NCBI RefSeq assembly: GCF_028368995.1
Contig: NZ_JAQNDL010000003.1
Location: 2,048,001 to 2,112,000, forward strand
Origin: Nannocystis bainbridge
GTDB lineage: Bacteria; Myxococcota_A; Polyangia; Nannocystales; Nannocystaceae
Direction: 5' to 3'
Length of the DNA: 64,000 nucleotides
Shown here: in pieces, positions 44,819 through 57,618 of the stretch
Numbering within the stretch: the stretch's first letter is position 1
Layout: each line of letters opens with the position of its first letter
The notes under the pieces: model-generated
The model's database searches: none
Told to the model about the DNA's origin: nothing
The model's input: the letters and a program-made list of their open reading frames with translations, nothing else
Made by a program: the position numbers and the translations under genes

Positions 44819-45417
44819 CGCGAACCCTCCTCCGCCTCGCGCCGCGTCTGATACAGCGCCCGTCGCAGCGCCCCGCGCATCAGCGCCAGCTCGAGCACCG
44901 CCGCCACCAGCATCACCCCGCCGGCCGCCAGAAGCACCCGCCGCGACCACTCCACCCACAGCACCAGCAGGCCCGCCTCACCGGCCGCGACCCCGCGCGC
45001 CGCCCCGGCGATCACCCCGCGCACGGCCAGCGCCAGCGCGACCACCACCGCCGCGCCGATCACCGCCGTCACGACGCCGATGCGCACCGCGCCCACGCGA
45101 CCGAGCCGCGAGCGATCGCCCTCGACCCAGCCGAGCGAACCACTCGCCGCCGCGGCCACCAGCGCCGTCACGACCGGCACGCCCACGAACATCGGCCATG
45201 TCCCGAAGAACATGTCCAAAAGACCATGCGCGCTCTCGCCCGACCACGCCGCCCGCAACACCGAAGCCAGCGAGGCATCGAGGTGATGCGGGAGCGCGGC
45301 CGCCAGCGTCAGGCACAGCAGCGCCGGCACGAGACGCGAGGACCTCGGCCGCAGACCGACCCGCCAGGCCAGCGCGACGCGAGCGCGGCTCGGCGGGGTG
45401 GTGGCGTCGAGGTCCAC
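44815..45417 (-). CDS. Truncated, divergent FlhB/SctU-like membrane protein (TM domain only)
   Basis: N-terminal T.PPSRAR...A...G..PRS and C-terminal L.QTRRE.EEG match the ends of the FlhB TM domain. No NPTH and no cytoplasmic domain. Confidence 0.55.
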   Translation of the reverse strand: MDLDATTPPSRARVALAWRVGLRPRSSRLVPALLCLTLAAALPHHLDASLASVLRAAWSGESAHGLLDMFFGTWPMFVGVPVVTALVAAAASGSLGWVEGDRSRLGRVGAVRIGVVTAVIGAAVVVALALAVRGVIAGAARGVAAGEAGLLVLWVEWSRRVLLAAGGVMLVAAVLELALMRGALRRALYQTRREAEEGSR

Positions 45418-45502
45418 TGCGCGAGGCTTTTAGCGCGCCCGCGCCCGCGCGCCAAGAACCTGGGCGGCCGGCGGAGATCCCGGCCGCCGAGGCCTCGGCC
45501 GA

Positions 45503-45880
45503 TCAGCCGCCGACCTCGGGCCGGTTGAACGACAGCTTGAAGCCGGTGAGACAGCGCGTGGCGCCGTTGCCGACCTTGTACGACGGCACGATCTCCACGT
45601 TCGGCTGCGAGCGCAGCGCGTCGAACAGCATGCCGATCGAGTCGGAGCTCACGTTGCGACCGGGGCACAGCGACCCGCCCCACTTGTAGTCGCGCTTGGT
45701 CCCGGTCTTCTCGCGCACCGACACCACGCCGTTGGCCATCGCGTAGTCGTCGCTGCTGCTCTCGTAGAGGGTCACGGAGTCGACGGTCCCCAGCGAACCG
45801 GACGAATCGGCGAACGTGGTGGCGGGGGCGGACACAATCATCAAACCAGCGAGCAGGGACAAACAGGGGCGGAGCGACAT
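45503..45880 (-). CDS. Small secreted hypothetical protein
   Basis: Signal peptide, two Cys in the mature part, upstream purine-rich SD-like sequence. Confidence 0.7.
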   Translation of the reverse strand: MSLRPCLSLLAGLMIVSAPATTFADSSGSLGTVDSVTLYESSSDDYAMANGVVSVREKTGTKRDYKWGGSLCPGRNVSSDSIGMLFDALRSQPNVEIVPSYKVGNGATRCLTGFKLSFNRPEVGG

Positions 45881-46056
45881 GGAGGGTTCCTCGTGCGGAT
45901 TCGGGGGCCTTCAGACCCGGAGGTGCAGGATGCTATTCACGAGCAGAGCCTGTCACGCCGGCGGTTGCGTCCGCATGACCTCGATCGGATCACCGGGCGG
46001 ATCTGCTCGTGCGCACGTCGGTGTTTTCGAGCGATGAATGATGTAGTGGTTGCTTC

Positions 46057-46686
46057 ATGGCTCAGTCCGGGACCTCTGCGGCAGACCTCGGCAACCCGAG
46101 GCGCGCGCAGATCCTCGACGCCGCCGAGCGACTGCTCCACCACTACGGCCACGCCAAGACCACCGTCGCCGAAATCGCCCGCGAGGCCGGCGTCAGCGTC
46201 GGCTCGGTCTATCTCGAGTTCGAGGCCAAGGACGCCATCTGGGTCGAGCTCTCGCACCGCCGTCACGACGCCGTGCTCGCCGCGATTCGTGGCGCCGCCA
46301 ACGCGCCCAAGAAGCTCTACGCCCACCGTCTGCATGCGGCGCTCGTGGCGCGAACCAGAGCCTTCCTCGCCCTCGCCGAGCGCGGCGCGCACGCCGCGGA
46401 GCTCGTTCACGGTCACGCGTGCCCGGCGATCCGCGAAGCGAAGGAGATCTATCACCGCCGCGAACGCGAGATCGTCGCCGAGCTCTTGCAAGCGGGTGAG
46501 GACGCCGGCGAGTTCGCGATCAAGGACGCGACCGCCACCGCCGCGACCTTGTTGCAGGCGTTCGTCGCGTTCGTGCCACCGCTCCTCTTCACGCGCGCGC
46601 CCGACGAGCTCGAGCGCGAGGTCACCGCTCTGCACCAACTCCTCGTCTACGGGCTCTGCCGCGCCGAACCTCGGTCTCGCAGTTGA
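46057..46686 (+). CDS. TetR family regulator
   Basis: ILDAAERL...G..KTTVAEIAREAGVSVGSVY. Confidence 0.92.
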   Translation: MAQSGTSAADLGNPRRAQILDAAERLLHHYGHAKTTVAEIAREAGVSVGSVYLEFEAKDAIWVELSHRRHDAVLAAIRGAANAPKKLYAHRLHAALVARTRAFLALAERGAHAAELVHGHACPAIREAKEIYHRREREIVAELLQAGEDAGEFAIKDATATAATLLQAFVAFVPPLLFTRAPDELEREVTALHQLLVYGLCRAEPRSRS

Positions 46687-46771
46687 CGGCGAGTTGAACG
46701 GTTTTAAGTTCGGTTCACGTCATCACGACGTACCCCTGCAGGCTTAGCCGCGGGGAGCGAAAGGAACCGAG

Positions 46772-49156
<2,385 letters not shown>

Positions 49157-49401
49157 GTCGAGCGGGCGCCCACGGTCGACGACGCATCGCCGCTGACCGC
49201 CACGCGCCCGACCCGGGGATCCGCACCACACGGCGCGGATCCTGTTTATTTTCGCGGTTGGACGGCCCGAGCGTGACCGGCGCAAACGGGCGGTCCCGCG
49301 GCCGTCCAGCCTCCGGCTCGTGACATTGAGCTTTCCGGAGAGCGAGCCCGCGCCTCACGGCGAATTGACGAAGTCGGACGCGTCGGCCGAGAATCACCGC
49401 G

Positions 49402-50331
49402 TTGACCACGGCACCCGACAAGATCGGTCCCTACGAGGTGCTCGAGCGCATCAGCGCCGGCGGCATGGCTGAGGTGTACAAGGCCAAGCTGACCGGCGCC
49501 GACAGCTTCGAGCGGCTGGTGGCGATCAAGCGGATCTTGCCGCACATCGCCCGCGACCCGAACTTCATCGCCATGTTCCAGGCGGAGGCCAAGCTGGCGG
49601 TGCAGCTGCAGCACGGCAACATCGCCCAGATCTACCAGCTCGGTCGCCAGGACGAGGCCTTCTACATCGCCCTCGAGTACGTCGAGGGCCGCGACGTCGG
49701 AGCGCTGCTCGACCTGCACCAAAAGGCCGGCAAGGCGCTGCCCCTCGCGCAGGCCTGCTACATCATCACCCGCTGCGCCGAGGGCCTCGACTACGCCCAC
49801 AACAAGAAGAGCGACGACGGCCGGCCGCTCAACATCATCCACCGCGACATCAGCCCGCCCAACATCCTCATCTCGTACGAGGGCGAGGTGAAGCTGATCG
49901 ACTTCGGTCTGGCCAAGGCGACCAGCTCGTCGGTGCAGACCCAGGCCGGCGTGATCAAGGGCAAGCTCGCGTACATGTCGCCTGAGCAGGTCCGCGGCAC
50001 GCCGCTCGACGCCCGCAGCGACGTGTTCGCGCTCGGCATCGTGTTCTTCGAGCTGCTGACCGGCCGCCGCCTGTTCCGCCGCGACAGCGACATCGAGACC
50101 TTCGAGAGCGTGCGTCAGTGCAAGGTGCCGCGCCCGAGCGAGGTCAACCCGGCGATCCCCGCCCAGCTCGAGCAGATCCTGCTGCGAGCGCTGGCCCGCG
50201 GGCTCGACGACCGTTACCCGTCGGCGGCGACCCTGGCCGAGGCGCTGCGCGAGTTCGCGTTCACCCACCAGCTGCGCTACCGCGGCGACCAGCTCGGCGG
50301 GTGGATGCGCCAGATCTTCCGCAAGAACTGA
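49402..50331 (+). CDS. Hanks-type Ser/Thr protein kinase (catalytic domain only)
   Basis: GGMAEVY, VAIK, HRDISPPN, DFG, YMSPEQ. Confidence 0.93.
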   Translation: MTTAPDKIGPYEVLERISAGGMAEVYKAKLTGADSFERLVAIKRILPHIARDPNFIAMFQAEAKLAVQLQHGNIAQIYQLGRQDEAFYIALEYVEGRDVGALLDLHQKAGKALPLAQACYIITRCAEGLDYAHNKKSDDGRPLNIIHRDISPPNILISYEGEVKLIDFGLAKATSSSVQTQAGVIKGKLAYMSPEQVRGTPLDARSDVFALGIVFFELLTGRRLFRRDSDIETFESVRQCKVPRPSEVNPAIPAQLEQILLRALARGLDDRYPSAATLAEALREFAFTHQLRYRGDQLGGWMRQIFRKN

Positions 50332-50332
50332 C

Positions 50333-51775
50333 TCAGTCGCCGAGCCCGATCCGGCCGATCATCTGCAAGCGGCGCGGCGAGGCGCTGTCGAGCTCGACGA
50401 CGCCGATCGTGCTGGCGAGCGTGTGCACGACGTACAGCTTGCGCCGCGCCTCGTCGACGACCAGCTCGTTGGGCCCGTCGTCGACCGGGATGGTGCCGAT
50501 CACGGTGAACGAGCCGAGCGCGACGGCGGCGATCTCGTCATCGGAGTAACAGCTGACGAACGCGATCGCCTCGGCCTGCTTCGGCCGGTGGACCGCCAGG
50601 ATGTTCGGGTTGTGACACAGCGCGACGCTGTCGATCGGATCGTTGAGCGGCTCGCCCGAGGGGCCGAGGCTGGTATCGACCAGCGACAGCGACGGCGGCG
50701 TGGTGTGGACCGCGAGCAGGCGATCGCCGACCTCCGGATCGATGAACTCGATCTCGCCCATGTACGGGCGGTCGCCGGCGGCGTACGGGTCGGCGACCGG
50801 CAACCAGTGACTGGCGAACCGCACCAGCGTGTCGCGCCCGGTCTCGACGCTGAACAGACGCACGCCGGGCCAGAAGCGGTGCGAGGCGTACAGCAGCGGG
50901 CGCGTGCAACTCTCGGTGCGAGGCGGCGCGTCGGTCGGGTCGCAGGCGCGCTGGGCGACCGCGAAGCCGCCGGCGAGCACGCCCTTGCCGCCCGGCTCGG
51001 GCGCGAAGAAGGCGGCGTTGGGGTCGGTGATGTCGGTGATCTTCGGCCCGTACTCGGCGTCGAGGGCGATGAGGCTCATGCGCGCGCCGAGCAGGTGCGG
51101 CAAGTAGGCGAAGCGATAGCCCTCGCTGTCGACGAAGATCCGCGCCGGGTCGGACGGCAGGCGCGCGCCCGCCGGGTCGTTGCCGAGCCGCTGCAGCGAG
51201 TGCGCCGCGTCGCACTCACCCTCGGCGTCCTGCCCGCACTCGACCTTGATGCCGCCGGCCTCGCGCACGACGTCGATCCACGTCACCGCTCGCTCTTCGA
51301 GGCTCGACGGCACCAGCAGCCGCCACGGGCCGTCGTCGCCGATCGGCCGGTCGAGGGCGATGTTGCCGGCGCCGCTGGTGAACCGGACCGAGTGCGCGCG
51401 CTGGATGAAGTAGCGCTCCTCGCACTCGACGATCTCCTGGTCCTTCGCACCTGTCCCTTCGGACATGGCCTGGGCGACACGACAGGGCGCGGCGGCGCTG
51501 AGCTCGGCGTCGGCCGGCGCGGGCGGCTCGGCGAACGCCTGGTCGAGCGCGCGCAGGTTGAGCACCACGAGGGTGCTCGACTTGACCGCGAGGTCGAGGT
51601 TGCTGTTGGTGACGAACAACCACGCGCCGTCGGGCGACAGCAAGGCGCCGGTCGGCAGCCGCAGCGCCTGCAGGTCGGCCGGCTCGGGCTCGCCGCGCCC
51701 GCAGGTCGCCAGCAGCAGCATCGCGGCGCACCAGCGGTGAGAGACGCGCGGCATTCGACGAGAGGACGGTATCAC
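50333..51775 (-). CDS. YncE-like beta-propeller exported protein, probable lipoprotein
   Basis: LLLATC lipobox-like, LSPDGAWLFVTNSN, IPVDDGPNEL.VD....LYV. Start uncertain. Confidence 0.7.
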   Translation of the reverse strand: MIPSSRRMPRVSHRWCAAMLLLATCGRGEPEPADLQALRLPTGALLSPDGAWLFVTNSNLDLAVKSSTLVVLNLRALDQAFAEPPAPADAELSAAAPCRVAQAMSEGTGAKDQEIVECEERYFIQRAHSVRFTSGAGNIALDRPIGDDGPWRLLVPSSLEERAVTWIDVVREAGGIKVECGQDAEGECDAAHSLQRLGNDPAGARLPSDPARIFVDSEGYRFAYLPHLLGARMSLIALDAEYGPKITDITDPNAAFFAPEPGGKGVLAGGFAVAQRACDPTDAPPRTESCTRPLLYASHRFWPGVRLFSVETGRDTLVRFASHWLPVADPYAAGDRPYMGEIEFIDPEVGDRLLAVHTTPPSLSLVDTSLGPSGEPLNDPIDSVALCHNPNILAVHRPKQAEAIAFVSCYSDDEIAAVALGSFTVIGTIPVDDGPNELVVDEARRKLYVVHTLASTIGVVELDSASPRRLQMIGRIGLGD

Positions 51776-51778
51776 GCC

Positions 51779-52474
51779 TCAGACCCGCGCGAGGGCCTGC
51801 AGCCACGCGTCCGGGTGCACGGCCCAGGCCGCGGCGAGGGCGGTGAGTGCGGCGACGGCGACGAGCCACGGCCGGCTCGCGGCCGCCAGCGCGGCCATGG
51901 GTCCAGGCCTCGCGGCGCACGCGAGCGCGAGCTCGACGACGGCGGCGGTGAGCAGCACGGGCGTGGCAAGACCGAGCGCGAGCACGGTGGCGTCGTGGGC
52001 CGCCGCGCTCACCGCCGCGAGGTCGAGCTGCAACGGCCACGCGCCGGGCTCGCCCACCGGCCAGCGCGTCGCGCACGCGCGCAAGCCGGTCAACAGCGGC
52101 CGATGCAGCCCGGTCGCCAGCGCGAGCGAACCGACCAGCGCCACGTGCAGGGCCGCGAACGCGCGCGCCCCTGCGAGCCCGAGCGCGACCCCCGAGCGGC
52201 GAGCCGCCCCGAGCGCCGCGTCGCCCGGCAAGCTGACGAGCGCCCCGAGCACGGCGCCGAGCAACAGCTCGAAGCCGGCCGCCAGCAGCCACGATGTCCA
52301 CGCCACCGGCGCCAGGCGGATCGGGGCCCACGCGGCCGCCAGGATCGCCGCCAGCCCCGCCGCGATCGCCCACCACATCCCGCCCGCGGCCGCGCGCCAC
52401 AGCGTCTGGGCCTGCAAGACGGCGAACAGACGCAGCGCCAGCCAGGCCCACGCGGCCAGCGGCCCCGCGATCAT
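51779..52474 (-). CDS. Divergent FliR/SctT-like membrane protein
   Basis: Highly hydrophobic, ELLLG..LG, GLH..LL.GL, LA.P......VEL.L....R.P. Follows the fliQ-like gene. Confidence 0.65.
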   Translation of the reverse strand: MIAGPLAAWAWLALRLFAVLQAQTLWRAAAGGMWWAIAAGLAAILAAAWAPIRLAPVAWTSWLLAAGFELLLGAVLGALVSLPGDAALGAARRSGVALGLAGARAFAALHVALVGSLALATGLHRPLLTGLRACATRWPVGEPGAWPLQLDLAAVSAAAHDATVLALGLATPVLLTAAVVELALACAARPGPMAALAAASRPWLVAVAALTALAAAWAVHPDAWLQALARV

Positions 52475-52558
52475 CGCCGGCCCCGGCCGTGAATCACATG
52501 TCCTCCGGGACAGCCTGTTCGCGCTCTCGCACGAAAATAACATGTCCTCGAGGACAGC

Positions 52559-52828
52559 TCATCGCCCGCGCCCGATCTCGGGCAGCAGCGCCCACAGCCC
52601 GCGCGTGTACGTGGTCCCGTCGGCCAGCCATCCCGCGCCGAACCACCACACCACCGCCAGCACCGCCGTCGCACGGGCCAGCAGCACCGGCGCCGGATCG
52701 GTGACGCCGAGGCGGTGGCACAGCCAGCCGATCACCAGCGCCGCCCCGGCCGCGGCCCCGGCCGCAGGTGCGAGCAGCCACGCCGTCTGGACCAGCCCGT
52801 CGCGCATCGCGTCGAGCGCCGGGGTCAC
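52559..52828 (-). CDS. Divergent FliQ/SctS-like protein
   Basis: 89 aa with two hydrophobic hairpins, lying between the fliP-like and fliR-like genes. GTGA overlap with the fliP-like stop. Confidence 0.6.
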   Translation of the reverse strand: MTPALDAMRDGLVQTAWLLAPAAGAAAGAALVIGWLCHRLGVTDPAPVLLARATAVLAVVWWFGAGWLADGTTYTRGLWALLPEIGRGR

Positions 52829-53412
52829 GCGTAGCCTTCCACGAGGCCGCGGATCACCGCGTCCCAGCCGCCGACGGCGATGAACAGCAGGACCTTGACC
52901 GGCAGCGCGACCGCGGGCTGCACCTGTCCCGAGAGACCGATGAGCGCCACCAGCTGAGCCAGCACCAGATCGACCAGCACGAACGGGATCAGGATCAGCG
53001 CCGCCATCTGCAGCGCCTCGGCCAGCTCGGTGACGAGGAACGCCGGCACGAGCGCGAGCGGGTGCGCGAGGTCGACGGCGTTGAGCCCGGCGAAGTACTC
53101 GATCTCCGCGGGATCGGCGTGGCGCTCGAGGAACGCCGAGAGCGGCCCGAACAGCGCCGCGACGTCGAGCGGCGCGCCCGAGCCGTACAGCGCCGCCGTC
53201 TCGAACGCGACGGGGCCCATGATCACCGCCGCGACCACCAGCGACAGCGCGAACACGGCGCTCCACGGCAACAGGGACTCGGCGCCGAGCCCGACGCGGA
53301 TCGCCGACAGCACGACGCTCGCCTTGGCGAACGCGGTGCAGCTGACGGCGGCGATCGGCGCCAGCGACAGGGCCGCCCACGTGGCAGCGCCTGCCGGCAG
53401 CTCAGGGACCAT
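52825..53412 (-). CDS. fliP: FliP/SctR family export-gate protein (divergent)
   Basis: LSLAP....TAF.K..VVLS.IR.GLG, LVPAFLVTEL, IPFVLVDLV, ALPVKVLLF....GW. Confidence 0.85.
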   Translation of the reverse strand: MVPELPAGAATWAALSLAPIAAVSCTAFAKASVVLSAIRVGLGAESLLPWSAVFALSLVVAAVIMGPVAFETAALYGSGAPLDVAALFGPLSAFLERHADPAEIEYFAGLNAVDLAHPLALVPAFLVTELAEALQMAALILIPFVLVDLVLAQLVALIGLSGQVQPAVALPVKVLLFIAVGGWDAVIRGLVEGYA

Positions 53413-53812
53413 GCGCGCGCCACCCCTCCGTGCGGGGCGTCGCGTCGGTGCGCCACTCCGGGTTCGTGCGCTTGGCGTCGGCCCGCCAATGCTCGGCGCT
53501 GCGGGCGGCGTCGGCGACCCACGGCGGCGCGTCGAGCTCGCCCGGCGCGGCGTTCCACGGCGCCGGCGGCGGGTCGGGCAGCTCCAGGAGCAGCTGCGGC
53601 GGGCCGCCCGGACCTGTCCCGACGACCAGGCGGCGACCGGCGACATCGACCACGTGCAGCGCGTGCGTCGGCGTCAAGCCGATGACCGTCCGCGCCCGCT
53701 CGCGTCGCTCGCCCCGCACCCCGCGCCCCAGCCAGACGAGCAGCAACAGCGCGACGAGCAGCCCGCCGCCGACAGCCACGAGGTGAAGGTACGGTTCGAT
53801 GTCTTCCAGCAC
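53402..53812 (-). CDS. FliO-like protein
   Basis: Single TM, then GLTPTHALHVVDVAGRRLVVGT...QLL.EL (FliO beta-domain pattern). GGAGG SD. Directly upstream of fliP. Confidence 0.65.
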   Translation of the reverse strand: MLEDIEPYLHLVAVGGGLLVALLLLVWLGRGVRGERRERARTVIGLTPTHALHVVDVAGRRLVVGTGPGGPPQLLLELPDPPPAPWNAAPGELDAPPWVADAARSAEHWRADAKRTNPEWRTDATPRTEGWRAHGP

Positions 53813-54070
53813 GCGTCCTCCAGCGTAGGGAGGACGACGAGCGCGGGCAAAAAAGCCGCGACGTCGGCCCTGAGCGGCCTGCAGGCCGAATGCACGAAGC
53901 GCGGGCGAGCGCGAGAATTCGTCGCCCGTTCGCTGGCGAGCAACGATTGAGACAGCCCGGCGCGCGCGACGAGGACGAGCCGCCCGGCGCCGCGCGCGAC
54001 GAACGGCGCCCGGCGCACACCTCCCGTCTCGGCGGGCCCGCATGCCTCCCTCCCGGCGCGAACCGACCCA

Positions 54071-54103
54071 AAGCAAAAGGCCCGCGCCGGAGCGCGAGCC
54101 TTC
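54071..54103 (-). terminator. Intrinsic terminator of the alpha operon
   Basis: Minus strand AAGGCTCGCGC-TCCG-GCGCGGGCCTT followed by TTGCTTT, downstream of rplQ. Confidence 0.75.
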
Positions 54104-54139
54104 ATGCTCGGGATTCAGCGGCCGGGTGGCCGCCGGGCG

Positions 54140-54616
54140 TCAGTCGGCCGACTCGGAGCCGGTCGACGACGCGCCGCCGGCGGCCGCGGGAGCGGCGGAG
54201 GGCAGCTTGAAGGTGACGATCTCGAGGATCGCCATCGGCGCGGCGTCACCGGGGCGGGTGCCCACCCTGAGGATCCGCGTGTAACCGCCGGGGCGGCCGC
54301 GGAGCTGCGGGGCGATGTCGGTGAACAGCTTGTGCAGCGCGGCCCGCGAGCGGACCATGCGGCCGGCCATACGGAGTGCGTGCACGTACTTGCCCTGCTC
54401 GGCCGGGGAGCGCTGCTCCTTCGGCTTGGTGAGCAGGTCACCGAGGCGGAGCGCCGTGGTGATCGTGCGCTCGGCCAGGCGCCGGAGCTCCTTGGCCTTC
54501 GGCTCGGTGGTGGTGATGCGCTGGTGCTCGAGCAGCGACGTGACCATGTTGCGGAACATGGCGCGTCGGTGCGACGAGCTGCGGCTGAACTTGCGACCAG
54601 CGTTCTGGTGGCGCAT
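54140..54616 (-). CDS. rplQ: 50S ribosomal protein L17
   Basis: [30 protein letters not shown]. Confidence 0.97.
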   Translation of the reverse strand: MRHQNAGRKFSRSSSHRRAMFRNMVTSLLEHQRITTTEPKAKELRRLAERTITTALRLGDLLTKPKEQRSPAEQGKYVHALRMAGRMVRSRAALHKLFTDIAPQLRGRPGGYTRILRVGTRPGDAAPMAILEIVTFKLPSAAPAAAGGASSTGSESAD

Positions 54617-54622
54617 GGCGGA

Positions 54623-55636
<1,014 letters not shown>

Positions 55637-55653
55637 TCGTCCCTCCGTTGTGG

Positions 55654-56283
55654 TTACTTCGAGTACAGCTCGACGATGAGCTGCTCGTCGATGTCCGCCG
55701 AGATGTCCGACCGGGAGGGCAGCGCGGTGATCTTGCCGCGCATGTTCTCCTTGTCGAGGTCGATCCACGCCGGCCGCGGGACCCGGTCGACCTGCCCGAG
55801 GGCGGCGACGATGCGCTGGATCTTCTTGCTGGGGTCGCGGACCTCGACGATGTCCCCGGCGCGCACCTGGTAGCTCGGGATGTTGATCCGCTTGCCGTTG
55901 ACCAGGAAGTGGCCGTGACGCACGAGCTGGCGGGCCTCGGCGTGGCTCGTCGAGAAGCCGCAGCGCAGCGTGACGTTGTCGAGCCGACGCTCGAGCAGGG
56001 CGAGCAGGTTCTCGCCGGTCACGCCCTTCATCCGCGAGGCGCGGTAGTAGTAGCCGCGGAACTGCTTCTCGAGCAGGCCGTAGATGCGCTTGACCTTCTG
56101 CTTCTCGCGCAGCTGCTGGCCGTAGTCGCTCGGACGCTTCTTGCGACCCTGACCGTGCTGACCCGGGGGGTACTGGCGCCGCTCGTAGCCGCACTTGTCA
56201 GTGAAGCAACGATCGCCCTTGAGGAACAGCTTGCCATCTTCACGCCGGCAGAGCCGGCACACGGGACCGATGTAGCGAGCCAT
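55654..56283 (-). CDS. rpsD: 30S ribosomal protein S4
   Basis: [28 protein letters not shown]. Confidence 0.98.
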   Translation of the reverse strand: MARYIGPVCRLCRREDGKLFLKGDRCFTDKCGYERRQYPPGQHGQGRKKRPSDYGQQLREKQKVKRIYGLLEKQFRGYYYRASRMKGVTGENLLALLERRLDNVTLRCGFSTSHAEARQLVRHGHFLVNGKRINIPSYQVRAGDIVEVRDPSKKIQRIVAALGQVDRVPRPAWIDLDKENMRGKITALPSRSDISADIDEQLIVELYSK

Positions 56284-56286
56284 GGT

Positions 56287-56691
56287 TCAGACCCTCCTCC
56301 GCTTGGGCGGCCGGCAGCCGTTGTGCGGGATCGGCGTGATGTCCTTGATCGAGGAGATCCGCAGACCCGCAGACTGCAAGCCACGCAGCGCCGACTCGCG
56401 GCCGGCACCCGGGCCCGACACGCGGACCGAAACGGTCTGCATGCCGTGGTCCTGGGCCTTGCGCGCCGCGTCGTCGGCCGCCAGCTGAGCGGCGAACGGC
56501 GTCGACTTGCGCGAACCCTTGAAACCACGCACGCCCGACGAGGCCCACGCGATGGTGTTGCCGTTGACGTCGGTGATGGTGATCAGCGTGTTGTTGAAGG
56601 TCGAGTTGATGTAGACCACGCCGGTCGAGACGTTCTTCTTGGCGCGGCGCTTGGACTTGCCCTTGTCGGCATCTGCCTTGGTGTTCGCCAT
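56287..56691 (-). CDS. rpsK: 30S ribosomal protein S11
   Basis: [29 protein letters not shown]. Confidence 0.98.
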   Translation of the reverse strand: MANTKADADKGKSKRRAKKNVSTGVVYINSTFNNTLITITDVNGNTIAWASSGVRGFKGSRKSTPFAAQLAADDAARKAQDHGMQTVSVRVSGPGAGRESALRGLQSAGLRISSIKDITPIPHNGCRPPKRRRV

Positions 56692-56694
56692 GGC

Positions 56695-57069
<375 letters not shown>

Positions 57070-57078
57070 GGTGTTCTC

Positions 57079-57192
57079 CTAGCCCTGTCGCTGCTTGTGC
57101 TTGGGGTTGTCGCAGATCACCCGCACGACACCTTTGCGGCGGATGACCTTGCACTTGTCGCAGATCTTTCGAACGCTGGCTCTGACTTTCAT
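57079..57192 (-). CDS. rpmJ: 50S ribosomal protein L36 (not in the ORF track)
   Basis: Hand translation gives [37 protein letters not shown]. Confidence 0.97.
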   Translation of the reverse strand: MKVRASVRKICDKCKVIRRKGVVRVICDNPKHKQRQG

Positions 57193-57218
57193 TGTTCCTC
57201 TTGGCGAAGGTCGCTGGC

Positions 57219-57452
57219 TCAGGGCTGGCGCAGTGCCAACCCGGTGATGAGGCCGCGACCTGGATCGAGACTGGCCCTGCGGACCAGCACACGTTGCCCC
57301 GTCCGTATGTGCACGCCGAGGCGACGCGCCTCGGCGGACAAGCTGGCCGTAAGGACAGCCTGCGTCGGCGATTCGGCTTCGAGGCGGTACAGTTGCTGGG
57401 GCAACTCAGCGACCACTGTGGCCTCGAAGGTGTCGGCGTGCGGGGGATTCAC
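57219..57452 (-). CDS. Divergent translation initiation factor IF-1-like protein
   Basis: EATVVAELP...YRL....A.LS...R.....I..G.RV.V.....D..RG.IT pattern at the canonical infA position. Confidence 0.65.
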   Translation of the reverse strand: MNPPHADTFEATVVAELPQQLYRLEAESPTQAVLTASLSAEARRLGVHIRTGQRVLVRRASLDPGRGLITGLALRQP

Positions 57453-57618
57453 AGAGAAGAGACCTTGGCCCGACGGGCTTGCGACCCGGCGGGTCCGTGA
57501 CGATGCAATACTTAAGCTCAAGGACCCCCAGGGGGGGTCAAGGAAGGGCGAAAAGGTGGCAAAAAGCCCGGCGATAGTCCAGCACGGCACCAGACCGGCG
57601 CGTGCGGCTCCGCGTGAG

